From: Glycera tridactyla
Lineage: Eukaryota
Assembly: GCA_965644265.1 (NCBI GenBank)
Contig: OZ286460.1
Location: forward strand, 12,958,001-13,022,000
DNA: 64,000 nucleotides
Direction of reading: 5' to 3'
Shown here in pieces: positions 1 through 13,800 of the stretch. The position numbers and the translations under genes were made by a program. The notes beneath the pieces were generated by a model. The model ran no database searches, was not told the origin of the DNA, and saw only the letters and a list, made by a program, of their open reading frames with translations. Numbering within the stretch: position 1 is the first letter of the stretch; each line of letters begins with the position of its first letter.

Positions 1-652
1 GGACGTTAATGGCTCGTTAAATACCAGGTTCATTATGACGCCATTTATTTCATTGTTCACGCCATCTTTTTATTCCGAGTCAACATGTGCGCCCGTTTGA
101 TTCAGTTTGCGATGCTGGCATTTTAATTCTGCCTATATTGCACACCTATTGAGGCTTGCCAGGTCTGTGCCGCCAACGTTAGCACCATCTAAACATGATA
201 TTATTTGAGTGCTCATCTTTCAAAGAGAGCAAATTTCAACCTAAATGGATTAGAACCTGTCTAATTTGATTATCGGGCAGAGGGCATACTTCACAAGCAC
301 CTCATGATCCAGTAAAACTAAAGAATTTCATTAAGCATAGCATCAGAGCATCATTTTGTGTGAGGTGATACAGTGTGAAACGAGCCACTTTCTGAGGTGA
401 TGCACTTTTAATCAAGTTATATCAGAATACGGAGTGTTTAATGATTTTAAATAGTTGGGTGGTGATGGCAAAGATTAATATATCAAAGTAGATGCTGATG
501 ATAATGAGTTGAGATGATGATCTGTTCACACATCTGATGTGGCTCACTCATTCACACCTCCCCTCATCCCACCCTCCTTACATGCCATCCACATGCAACT
601 AAAATATAATCATCATATTGGAATTAAAGTTCAAACATTAAAATGCCTCTAC

Positions 653-823
653 TACAATGACCCCCCCCCCCCAATGAGAGGCCATATTTGATGGGTGACT
701 GCCTTTTCAGGGCAGCTTGTCTTTTTAAAAAAGCTAAATATACCTCCAACAAGAGACCACCTCTTTGGTGAGACTATTCCTGGTGACATTTATAATAACA
801 GTCTTTCAATACAGATTTGACTG
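653..823. mobile_element. degenerate MITE, CAGT family
   Basis: Right end ACAGATTTGACTG-TA and internal AAGAGACCACCTCTTT match the family; the left end is eroded. Confidence 0.45.
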
Positions 824-1960
824 TAATGACCTGAGATTTTCAAGAATACTTCTCAGCATAATGTAAAATTTTGCAACTGCTTTGGGGATAATGACCACTA
901 ACATGCTGCCCATTACTACCTAGTCAATAATTCAAATATGTCCAAATGGGTTGGCCACAGAAATGTGGAAGATCTTATACGGGATATAAAAGACATGCAG
1001 ATAATGGATACAATATCCTATTTTCTTAGAAGGGGTGTGGGGCAAGGGGTATCACCCCTGATACATGCCCAGGGGATTGGTTCTACCACCCTCTGATCTC
1101 ACTATCAATCATCACACCCTACCCCATGAAAGATTGCCATCTAATTCACATCAAAACATAGAAACCCTGATCTAAGGAATGGTCACTGGAGGCAAAACTA
1201 GTGTAATGTTCTGGTGTGAATTGATCTCAAAACAGGGCCCATTTCAGGAAGGTGAAGGTTGAATGTGAAATGAAGTGGATTCTCGTCACTTATAGCTTTC
1301 CATAGCAACTGAGGACAACTTCATGACTGCTGGGCAAACTTTCTCATCTGTGAAAAATGTCCCAGAGCTTGTAAAGATCAAACATCTGGTTTGCTGTGAA
1401 GTAATTAGACTAAAGACTAAGAACTGATCAAATGATTAGGCGTGTGGGGGATGTGGGGGTCTGGGGTACTTAATCTGGGGTGTAATCGCAATTGGACATC
1501 AACTGTGATTGCTTGATTAACAGTTACCCCAATGTTTGTAAATATGCATGCTCACAGTTTTCCCTCACAAGCCCCCCCCCCCCCCCACCTGATCACAGGC
1601 CAGCATGGGCCTCTGGGGAGAAACCTGACTAATGAGAGATGCCCAGGGATACCAGTCTCCACTGGTCACCTGATGAATGTTTGTACATTCTGTGCAGCCA
1701 CCATGAAATAGGTACCAGTCAAAGGAGAAGATCACATGACCGAGTCATGTGATACTTGAGTGTTCAGAGACTACCCTGCATAAAATTACAAGGAAAGCTA
1801 TCAAGGTAACTCTGACTCATTCACAGACCCCCTCCCCTTCCCACAAATGAAGATGGATGAGGGAAAATATATTATCTGAGAAACAAATCAAAATAGGAAT
1901 TTTCTCAAGTTAACTTTCATAGGATGAAATGAAGAATTACAAAATGATGGAATAAAAGTA

Positions 1961-2151
1961 CAGTGGAACCTGTGATGAGAAACCTCAGATGAGAGGCTGT
2001 CTATTTTGAGAGACCACTTTCCAAAATGTCCTGTTCTTTTCAGCAAATTTGAATACTATATTCAAATGTTTACCTCCGAGGAGAGGCCACCTGTTTTGAG
2101 AGACCCCTTTTTGGTAGCATTTAGGGTGATCTCTCATCACAAGTTTCACTG
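1961..2151. mobile_element. non-autonomous Tc1/mariner-pogo-type MITE (CAGT...ACTG family), complete, 191 bp
   Basis: Left CAGTGGAACCTGTGATGAGA versus reverse complement of right end CAGTGAAACTTGTGATGAGA (18/20). TA on both flanks; internal GAGACCAC-type motifs are shared with other copies. Confidence 0.8.
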
Positions 2152-2600
2152 TATCAGTACTGAGACAGCAGGGATGTGATACTTCTTGTCAATGTGGAAT
2201 GGAGCAGGAGGTAGACTGATTCCAACTCATGCCACTAGGTGGTTTGCCGAAGTCGCCTCCTGAGGGAGGACCGGTAAATGATACCAGCAGTTAGCGTCAC
2301 ACGGACTCTCTCCCTGAGGGGCGTAGAAATACACTTCTCAATCTAATCTCTAATTGGATGTTAAGACCCTCTCCCAACCAAATTCATTCTCTGGCATGGA
2401 CGCGCATGTATACTCACCTAAAACTAACATGCAAATGTACCATAGACAACTCCATAATGAATGACTGGTACCACTTGATCACCAGGCAAATACTATTTTT
2501 CATGGAAACAATATGTTCAGGTAATGCTACATATTTACAGGTGTATATTTCAAAGTATTTTTCTCAATATGCAGCTTTTCTATTAAACATATGTCAAATA

Positions 2601-2678
2601 TACCTTTGATGAGACCACCTATCTTAAGAGACCAATTTTGAAGACATTTAGGGAGGTCTCTCATCAAAGGCTTCACTG
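2601..2678. mobile_element. MITE right-hand fragment, CAGT family
   Basis: GAGACCACCT...GAGACCA...TTTAGGGAGGTCTCTCATCAAAGGCTTCACTG resembles the right half of 1961-2151. Confidence 0.55.
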
Positions 2679-5062
2679 TGTTTGCCAGATAGTACAATGG
2701 ATGCAAAAAGCAGCCATCATCTTAGATTACAGGATGGAATGAAAACATGTTGGTGTTTGAATCCGACCACTAATGGGTCCATCTAATCTCAGATCAAGTC
2801 TCCAGTTCTAATTCTGATCTCTGATCACATCTCTTTGCCAGTGAAACCTTATCTTCTACACCTCCCTGGTTGCCAACAGAAACCATGTACACAAAGTCAT
2901 CTCTTCCAACAAGGGGATTTTACCTACTGTATAGAGTAACACCAGTACAGTGGTTGAATCATGGCTCACACTAAAACTTCCAACCACCCTTTGTAGTTTC
3001 CTGTAGCAGCCATCATCACTGTCTGAATATTCAAGCTGATTGTGACATCACAAAACAATTCAAGGAGACAGGCTTCAACCCAACCAGTGATGAAAGTACT
3101 CCCATAAAATTCAACAGATATAATTCTCTAGAAATGTCTTAAATTTGTTTTTTCAACAGTAGAAATTGTAACTGGTTGGAGAGATGAATAATCTTTTCTG
3201 ATAAAACCTCGAAAAGGTGAAAATAAATTGCATACAGTGCCACTGAATTGGATCAGTGGGTTGAGAAAGTCAGATGGGGGAGAAATGGTTGAGCGAGAAG
3301 TTACTCTGAAACTTCAGGTGGAATACATGAAGAATCATTCGCATTTGTTTTCTAATGGCTGTTTTTTATCAGCTGGTGTAAAGAAGCATTTTTCAAAGTT
3401 GGCTACCTTGTAGTCGGAGAGACTAATGCCGCGGGAGTAGGAATCAATCATTTTAATATCATTTGTGGTGCGTGAGTTGACTGTAAACCGGAGACGGTGA
3501 GTGCCGGTGATGCTGGCGAGTGCCTATAACACTTTGATCTTATGATTTATAATGCGGGGCCTCACACAAGCACGCCACCCATTTTACCTCATTTCCTTTT
3601 CTCGACAGTGCCGCAGAAGAAATGTGGCACCGTCTACCTGAGCAGCACTTGGGATAATCAGGCCTTAATTGTTCGCACTTCGTCTAAGGTGCTGAGTTCG
3701 CTGCAGTAATCACCGTCAAATCGTCGATTAGGATTCTGATCGTCGCTAGAGCTGCCGCACTTAGTTAGATGGACTTCCTTTCAGCATACCCACCTTGCAA
3801 GAATTGCGCGGGTTCTGCAATGATTTGGTGCTGGGGTGCGCAATCATCTATTACAAGTAGATTCTGATGAATGACTCAATGTCTCCACGGAACACCGCAG
3901 CCAATGCCACCATCAGCCACACAAAAATTCTCTGGTCGTTTGCTAACTTGACCTGAAGCCTGGTGGCCAATCAATAACCCTCGGTCTGAGCTGGCTTACA
4001 AATACTCTTCTGACCGGCTCCAACTATTACTCACATCACATCCCACATCATCGGCCAGCATTAATAAGCCCAATATTCCCCCAAAACTGACAATGTATGT
4101 TAATCCATTTTGTGGACAGTGTATTATTAATCTATTGTTCAGGGAACCAGATTCAGGCATGGATGTATAGCCATATCAAAATAAAATTTGTCAGCCATCA
4201 GGTCTGGCAGACAATAATGAATGTATGTATGTCTTGAATCACAGAGATCATTCAAATGGACTTCAAAGAACGAAACAATAAAAACCTGACTTGTATGAAC
4301 ATCTCCAACAAGATTTTACAAGGAATATGAAAGGCTGAGAGTTGAGGGTTAAAATTCAAGATACAAATTGATGGGTGGATAGACATGAGATTACTCTTGC
4401 TGCTAGCAAGAGAGAACTGGCTCTCTAGAACTAGGACCATAACATTTGAGACTACTAAGACATATCATATAACTCATGCAAAGTAACAGGAGTTAATGGT
4501 CACAAGCAATGCAAACAACAAAGGCCTGGACTGCCCATATTGTCTGTGGTGCCTTGAGGCAGGGGTTGTTCTCATGTAAAGATGCCGTCAAGGCTGAACA
4601 CTAATGTAACACAGAACGCATGCCACACAAGTTGACAAGTACGCCACTACCGTCTCAAGATTACATTACAACTCAGGCACAAATCTGATTAGTTTTCTTC
4701 TGTGTGTGTGCTCTCATCTCTGATGACAAAGGAAGCAGGCTAACAGGTACGTGTTGTTGCGGTTTCCTTTAACACGTGTGACACACACGCACGTATCTGA
4801 CCTGTCTCAAGAAGCTTTGCTTAATTGTCCATCTGGGGCTTTGATCTTTACGACTTCACCTGAGCACGGTTCTCGGTCATTCATGAACAACTTGCAGACA
4901 ATAGGCCAGACTGCAAGGTTGTCGACAATAAAAGACGTCGGACTGCTCAAACAGCCTACGCAGCAGTAGCGTCACGCCATATTCACATCTTTAGCCTCAA
5001 AGAAGCTTTCTTATATTTCAAAGTGAACACACAAGTGTTGGCATATTGTATGAAGATTCTTT

Positions 5063-5298
5063 NNNNNNNNNNNNNNNNNNNNNNNNNNNNNNNNNNNNNN
5101 NNNNNNNNNNNNNNNNNNNNNNNNNNNNNNNNNNNNNNNNNNNNNNNNNNNNNNNNNNNNNNNNNNNNNNNNNNNNNNNNNNNNNNNNNNNNNNNNNNNN
5201 NNNNNNNNNNNNNNNNNNNNNNNNNNNNNNNNNNNNNNNNNNNNNNNNNNNNNNNNNNNNNNNNNNNNNNNNNNNNNNNNNNNNNNNNNNNNNNNNNN
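5063..5298. other. assembly gap (236 N)
   Basis: Run of N. Confidence 1.
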
Positions 5299-8200
5299 GC
5301 GATTAGTAAGGTTCACACCTTGAATCATCTTAAGGCATTGGGATGCAAAGCCATTGAGTTATGCCACACCCTCCATTGACAGAGAGACTAAAACACGTCT
5401 GTCATCAGACACCAGTCAGCCACCAACAAAGAAGACAACCACACTCTTGCAACATGGCTAATTAGCTTCCTCAAAGTAAAAGTGCACAGTGTGCAACTTT
5501 TCATCGCTGCCTTCTTTTGCAGCATTTATTGATTTTGACTAATTAGTATCAGGTAGTACATCTTTGAACTTGTTTTTGATTTTTCCACTTGAGGTGAACT
5601 ATTTCTGTACTGATCATTACAAAGTGAAATTGAATTTTCAATAACCAATGTGGTAACAATGGAAGTCATGCTATGAATCTTTGAAGAGTATTTTTCCATT
5701 ATGACAGGTAATAGACATGGCTGAACAACTTGAAAGCTTCATCAGTATCAGAAGTGCCACTGCAAATTATCATTAGCAATAGAATCAGTCTGAAAAGTTT
5801 AAAATGCCTCACCAAAACCATCCAAGCAGGACCTTTTATTATCGAGCGCCATTCGAGGGTACTTAGTGCCAAATGTCAAGTGGGATCTGGGTGGGACCGA
5901 GTTTGAATGTTTCGACAAGGTGGAAATTAAAGTGCTCACCCGTGGAACTGATGATGAATGTCAGATAATTACCTGGTTATTGTTGGGGGTGGAGTCTGGT
6001 TGAATGCCAGCCACAACACCTGGTTGCAGGGTATTGTTTTCACCCTCCAGGTTGGTCACCCCGGAGACCCTGCCCGTGTCACAAGTCAGCTTCACTCACC
6101 TGGCTACCCAGCAGTAATAATAATGAGCCCCACTGAATGCAGCTCCAGGCATAATTGACTCCAGAAATCATTTTGAATCCTGACAAACTGCTACAGGAAG
6201 AAATAAAGTGGTACTGAAAAACTTGTGTTTGAGGTAAAAGGTAGAATGCCTCTGATCAAATGGACTCCACATGTCACTTATACTGATGTGAAAGTCTCCC
6301 ATGAGCCTCAAATAAAACAACTGATGTGGACTTCATAGAATGCAATGGCAGCAGTCCGAAGACAATGCCTGCGGGCCGAAGACAATGGTGACAGCGACCA
6401 GCTCAGTGCAGACAAAGGCCAAGACAGCAGTTGTCTGTGGTCAAGTACGGGGCATTCTAGTGGATGGTGTTTCATCTCTAATGCATACACATGGAGATGC
6501 TGACAATACTCATGCAAGTCCTTCAGGTTTCTCATCACAATGGTCAGCTTAGTGCTCTGCCATTAACCCCATCACCATCCAAGGTGGCTGATTCTATCCA
6601 CATTAGCATTCCAAAATTATATCATAAAACATTCTTGAAAATTTCACCCATTCCTAACTCAGGTTTTGAGTTACGAACCACTTTTGAAGAGGTGAAGTCA
6701 TACTGACTCAATGTCAACTTATCCAGTGTATTTTTCCTTTGGTAACAAGCACCAAAAATGAAGACACAATATCCATAAATGCATTTACAACTTCTCAAAA
6801 AGGATGGATTATTTTTCCAAAATTACATGAAAATTTGATGATTTTTATCATGTATGATTGTTGACGGATGTTAAGACAAATCCCAACATGAAGCCAAAAT
6901 GAAAAGTATAATGTGAAGGGAAGAAGTTATGCCAGGTGTGAGTTGGTTATGGATAACAATTAATCCAGCAATGGGCATTATATGCTGGTCAAACCTCACA
7001 TCCTCTCCTGCTACACAGCTTTGAGTGACTTTCCTCGTTTCCGATAACTTGAGTAAACTCACGCCAGCACTGGACAAAAGTCGCGGCAGCTGAATCGCCA
7101 TCAGGAGGTCGCCGCTGAGAACAATAGTGGCATTACCGATGCAGCTTGCAGCACACAAGAAGACTGCTACCTGGTTTTTATATTGACTCGTAATGATTGT
7201 GGCTTTAATGGAGATTTACTTGTGTGCGCAAGTCCTTGATGGATAGTGCTTGATTATTACTGCTTTCAATGACTGTACTACACTGAATACACCTGGCCAA
7301 TCTCTGTCAGTCAAATAGCTTTCACGTACTTGACATCAGTAGTGTACTATGGCTGCGTGACCTCCAGAATGTACACCCATGAAGACTTGAATATTTCAAA
7401 AACCAAGAGATAGATTTGGATAGGAAAATATTCATCACAATATGCCCTGATATACCAATGCTAGCAATGTCATGGGAGACATCACCTGATCTTGGTAACA
7501 TCAAAACTTTGGGATCTAAATGCATATTGAGGAAGCATGAAACAACAGATGTCACATGCTCAAGGTATCATGAATTTACTTAGGAAAAATATGTTCCATG
7601 GAGTGGGCATGAAGAATGTACATAGTTTGTTGATAAAGGATGGCAGAGTATATGATCTCTGGTGATCCTCGACAAAACTTGAATGCTAAGCGATATGGTG
7701 CACAGTTCGCTGAGAGTGCCATCTATGAGACAGGTATTATGTGCGCAAAAACCATTCAAAAGTTGCCCGAGACTCAAGATCCACAAATCCTTTCAGACGC
7801 TTCGGAGTCACATGAATAAGTAATGTCTCATCAGATCAATACAGGCTCTTTGCGAGACAGAGCAGATGCAGCGGGCCACAAGAAAGATAATATTTATTAT
7901 TTCTACACACGGGAAGTTTACAGCCGGTTGAGATGTGTACCGTTGGCTCGGAGCTAATATTTGCCAGTTGTGTAGAAGGTGTGTAGAATGAAACACTTGT
8001 GTTCTGTGCAAATATGCATGCAAACACAGGCATGCTATTAATGGCCGCCTCCCAATCGATGGTACTGTTTCTTGGCGAGTTACATCACCTCCTACCCCCT
8101 CCATCACACATTACCTGGCCACTTGGTGGCGTGCTTCTGACACTATATACTGCCATCATGTTGACAAAGGCTGTATTCCGTCCATGAAAGTGGCAACATG

Positions 8201-8869
8201 ACGCTAGCATCATTATCACATGATAGATAGAAGAGGTTGCTCAAGTCATTCCCGAATTTCCACCCCATCACTCAGTCAATATTAGGAAACCACAAGCACC
8301 ATTTCAAGAACTGCCATATTGTAAATACCAAACTATATGGGCTGCCCCATGAAATTGGAACTCAATTTTCTCAGACAGTCTGACTAAAAAAAATTTCAAA
8401 AAATTACCAGGGCCAATGATATACTTAATATAAGTACTGTGAACAGGATCGCACTTTCTACTATCAGACCCTAAATGTGTCATTTTTGTGCATCAATCTC
8501 ACAATGACATGTTCGCTTTCCTTCATTTAATTCCCATCATTTCGTTTTCACTCATCATGATTTACAAAGTGATGCATCGAGCATAATAGACCCTCGGTAA
8601 ATGCATCTGTTGTATGCACACTTGATTGGGAGAATACATAACTCTTACTTCAGCTGTATCCACTGGACCAACAGCTGCAACCACTGACTCTCCGCCAGTG
8701 AAGGTGACACATTGAAGAGTGCCTCAAATGCACTAGATTCCAAACACCTGGCTGCGTGTAATACATATGTAAACACAAGGCAAATAACCAGAGCATGTCA
8801 AGCAAACTCCCTGAAACTTCTCCATCCATCTATGTTGAACCATTTCATTCAAATCCATGTCAGGTTAGA

Positions 8870-9060
8870 AGAGATAGATTCCCAACTGCTTGAAAGAGGT
8901 AGATTCCCAAGTTGGGCAGGTAGATTTTGAATTCATTGCTCGATGGATGGGTGGAAAATGATGATGAATGGAAGTGAAAATGTACAGGGGCAGACTGAAT
9001 TTTGAATGAGGGCAGGTAGATTTGAGATATACCTGCCCACTGGACAGGTGGATAATTCTT
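8870..9060. repeat. dispersed repeat containing GGGCAGGTAGATT motifs
   Basis: The motif occurs twice in direct orientation and once inverted (TACCTGCCC). Related motifs occur in the opposite orientation at 57558-57700 and partially near 38992 and 43600. Confidence 0.45.
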
Positions 9061-9479
9061 ATCCCCGCATACACAGCACTTTGTCAACCATGAGGAGTCT
9101 CAGTTCATACAGACATTTTTTCCCACCAAAAATATGGAAACATCAAGAATGACATTATCAGGCAAACATATTCAATTGAAGATTTACTAGATTTCAAGCA
9201 TAACTGTGACATATTCTGATATTTGCAAGGCAACACAACCTGATGAATCAACCCCTGAGAGCGGAATCATCACTAATGTTTCGGACTTGTGACATACGAG
9301 GTAGGGTTTGTTCCATTGACATTTGCAAGAAATATAGGTGGGACAGCAGCCGCAGAAACATGATTAAATTGAGGACGATGCATGACTAGGGACTAGACGA
9401 GTTGACAGCCGTTAAGACCCACTTCTTTATCATGGGATCATCATTCACGCAGTTCCATGAAACATGTGTGTGCACACAC

Positions 9480-9483
<4 letters not shown>

Positions 9484-9555
<72 letters not shown>

Positions 9556-9613
9556 CACACACATTCACAGAGACCCACACACACTCACACATGCACGCAC
9601 GCTCACACACACA
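9484..9613. repeat. (CA)n microsatellite, pure then compound
   Basis: About 34 pure AC units followed by degenerate CA/CAC. Confidence 0.95.
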
Positions 9614-10183
9614 CAGGTGCGGGTAGCAAAGGTTTCGTAATTCAAATTGCATTCATCACATGCAAAGTATATGCATGCACCGCTCTCTTTACATGTGCAG
9701 TAAGATTGTGAATGAAATGGAACCACTACAACCACCACCTGTAGATGATTTGGCTTTACAGCACTTCTAGCAGCAACAGGATAATTGACCAAATCCCAAA
9801 GTGTGAAATAAGACAAGCAATTCAATTGTTGACAAAGTTACAGTTCATTTAAGAGCACACCCTCCCCCCACTCTGATCCATTAATTCAAGAAAGGTGAAT
9901 GCGCAAGTTATGGTTCCTTTGTTCATATGACATATATTGATTCTCACTGACATATCCAGATGCCCATCTAGAGATGCCGTGCAGACAGGATGAATAGTTA
10001 AAGTGCAGCACTCATAATATAGAGCCATAAATTCTGGATTGGCCGACAGGAGTGTCTGACAAGCGACTTCCTTCGGCTGAATACAATAGAACACAATGGA
10101 AGACAGTAACAGGGATGGTATATTCACAAAGGTTGTCTAGGAATCTTGCATGCTACCTCTCTCATGTCTCTCCCGTGCCTCTG

Positions 10184-10184
<1 letters not shown>

Positions 10185-10246
<62 letters not shown>
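10185..10246. repeat. (TG)n microsatellite
   Basis: About 31 TG units. Confidence 0.95.
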
Positions 10247-10248
<2 letters not shown>

Positions 10249-10758
10249 TGCTTGTGTACATGTGTGGCTGCATGTGTCTAAATATACATGTGAAAACAAG
10301 CATGTATGTATATATCTTCATACATGCATAGATAAATGCTGGAAATTTACATAACTATGGAAACCAGCAATGCCCCCCCCCCCCCCCCATCAAAGTGACC
10401 CCCTAATGACCCTCTAACACCCGGACCTCATGCCTGAACCCCCCCCCCCCTCGCTATGGCCATATTACTTCTAATTTACAGTCATTATCTTCCCAGTCAA
10501 TAACAATTAATGCAGTATTTCTTGGGTGGAGAATCCCACACCTCTGCAGATGATTGTTCTTCACCCCCCCCCCTCCCCCTGCACCAACCCTGGTGTCCCT
10601 CAGCCATATGTACTTGAGATAAGGACTCACTAATAGCCAGGAATTTCACTCCTTGGATAATTTCAACCATCTGTGATTTCCAGAAACAATAGGCCAATTG
10701 ACTCATAGTCCATTTACATTAAGAAGGGATGATGTCACCAATGAACAATATCATCATA

Positions 10759-10861
10759 CAGTTGAACCTGTCTACTAAGACCACCTACTGTGATGGCAAT
10801 GAGAAGTCTTTGTTGAAAGGTGGCCTTTGTATAGAGGTGGTCTCTTGAGCAGGTTCAACTG
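10759..10861. mobile_element. MITE, CAGT family, complete short copy (103 bp)
   Basis: Perfect 12-bp TIR CAGTTGAACCTG/CAGGTTCAACTG with further imperfect symmetry (AGACCACCT/AGGTGGTCT); TA on both flanks. Confidence 0.8.
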
Positions 10862-13800
10862 TAGTTACTTATACAGTTGTCAAAACATCATAAATATTCG
10901 AACAAAATTCATGAGATAAGTTCTTAGAATGAAATTATGTTTTTCATATTTTCATCACGAGAGATGAGAGATAGAGAGAAATATACTCTCACAGAGTGCC
11001 CTTCATTGAGAACTAATGCCATCAGAAATGGAGTCTGCCTTCGTGGCACCTTATGTCACAGCAACTTTCTGTCAGGAATGGGACAGAATTGTGAGGTGAT
11101 GATGCCATTATAGGATGAAGCTGATATTTTCCCTGTTTCTTGCTTAGTCCAACTCCTGAAAGTTTCTTACAGTGAGAACTAAATGGTACAAATTCTAATT
11201 CAACATGCTTGAGGATTGTATAAAATTAACTACAATTGTACATGTACAGAATGCGCCTTATTTGGGGAAGATTCAATGGGCTATTAGTGGAATGAAGTGG
11301 GTAAGTTCCAACTGTTCATATACAGAATTTGGCATTGAATGAGTGGAGAACTCATTCGTCTCAAGCCGATGGGGGTGTAGTCATGCCTGTGTAGTCTACC
11401 ACTGGGCGATTACCTCCAGAATGGCTAACAGTTGGCCCTCCATTGTCTCACCAATCCATCTTTTACACCTTGCCTCTTTTGTGATGCACCAATCCGCCTT
11501 TTGCTGCCGCCAACAATTGGCTGGCCCCCTGCTGTCAGACAGCCCGGTGATGGCCTAATGACACAATAGAGTGGGCCTGCTCAAATGATTGCACTTCAAT
11601 AGAAGCTCGACACTTTCCTCAACTACACAGATAATCAACTGCAGTCTGTTCACGCCAAGAAATATTCAGCCCCCATTGGAATCTAATGGAGGCTGTGGGT
11701 ATCTTGTACTGAACAGATTATAGCTGTGCGACTTCTGTCAACCCCCCCCCCCCCTCAAGTGAGAATCACAAAATGAAAGCTTGTTGATGAAAATGGCTTA
11801 TAGATTATATTTCAGTAGAAGAATTGCTAGTCAAGAGAAGCCTGTAGTAGATGCAGTTTCATTTGATAGGGCAATTTCACTGATAGGCTGTGGAAATCCA
11901 CGGTATTGACTGAGACAGCAAACATGGGTTATTAAGATGGATCAAGCATCTTGAATCTTAGATAAATCTATTGCATAATGACATTCATCACAACCAGAAA
12001 GCCTAAGGTCCCTGTGACTAGTGTCAATTTGTGAAAACCATAACATGAATGACCAAGGAAATTTCCAAACCTTGAATATGATGACTCATGCCATAAGAAT
12101 GACACTCATTTTAGATCATCTGGATGCACATTAACCTTCTGGTATTGGACACATTCATATCATAACTGTACATGCCCACATCATGATGACTCTGCAAGTT
12201 TATTAACAACAAACAGTGTTATTTTGAGTGTAATAATACTAATAACGCTGATGACTTCAGAATGTCAGAGGGTGTGTTGCTTAGAAACGTAAATTTGACT
12301 GGTCATAGATCATCAATCTCCGGAGCTAACCAGTACTGGGCTGACTGACTCCACCATTAAATGGAGTAACGGAGAGGATGGGGGACCAGCAGAAACCTGC
12401 TATTTGACTTGTGCCCCCTACTCATTCTGACAACTGGCAACCTACCATTTGGACATCAGTTTTGATATGTAATTATGGGGATCACACGGCACCAGTAGAG
12501 GTCAGACTAAACGATCGCTCTATCATCATGCCCCGTTAACTCAATACACACAAGTAAAAAAGCTGAGAAATTGTTCTCTGGTATGAAGCTCTGTTGAAAA
12601 AAGCGAACAATTTCATGCTGTTTCAATCATACAGCCTCTGTTATTATCTGGCAGAAAGTGCCTCCCATCAATGGGCAGTTTCCTTTCCGGAGGTCATGGA
12701 TTCACACGGACTACTTGGTATTTCTTGTTACACTATCACTGGGAGCAGGAAGTTCGTGAGAGAGTTCCTATAATTATACCAGACTTGAGGGCAAAATTGG
12801 GGTAAAATATGGCGCTGTGGTTTTCCTGCTCTGATCATCTGGCCACTTTATTCAACAAACATTTTCACTTGATGTATTCTCTCATATACATCCCGCTCAT
12901 CTCTTCATAAAATACATACTTGCTCCACATTTAGCGCTTTTCTTCTAATTGGAAGCTAGCATGGCATGAAATCAATTATATGATCCCATTTACTGATTCA
13001 TGTATGTACAAACTGAATTCCTGCCACAGGTGGTCAGAAATCTGTTCAAGAAACACAACTGAAGATCAAAACAAGAGCATACAGAATGTATGTATGACAG
13101 AAATCATATCAATAATAAAATGATTCTAGCAATCCAGATTGGTTGGCCATTCCTTTCAAATTACTCCAAAATGGGGCTGGTATATCTCACTGCAGGTCGA
13201 AACAGTTGGGATTGGGCTATGGCTTGCCCAAGATGCACCAGTATCGGCCGTTTCTGGCCTGACACTTAATGTTCATGCTAATACACTGATCCTCTTTTCC
13301 AGTTTGGAATTCTCCCATCTCATTATGATAATTGGTCTCAGGTACTTACTATATTAATAACCTGCATAATCAAAAGTGCAAGCAGGTTTTTTCCCCAGGC
13401 AACCTTTGGTGAATCTACAAGCTCATAAAATTTTCCCTGCATGCATTGCATTTCATTCAATGCCATCTATAAATCTTAGCAGGGTGGGATAATGCAGTGG
13501 GGCATTATACAGTTTCAACAAGGAGATGCTAATGATCCCAGTTAAATGGTCTTCTAATGCAGTCATAGTGAGCTGCCAGTGGCCCGCATTTGCATACATA
13601 TATGCGACAGCACGTCCTCGCACATCCCCCCCACGTGCACCCACGACCTTCAGCTCCTGAAACTACACCAAGAAGTCATGTAAAAATCATGCCTACCCCT
13701 GCTACCCTGAGTCTCTGATCAAGGCTACACCCTGGTAAACACTAGCCTGACATTGGGGTCTTACTATTATAGCTATCTGCTGATACATGAATGCATATGT

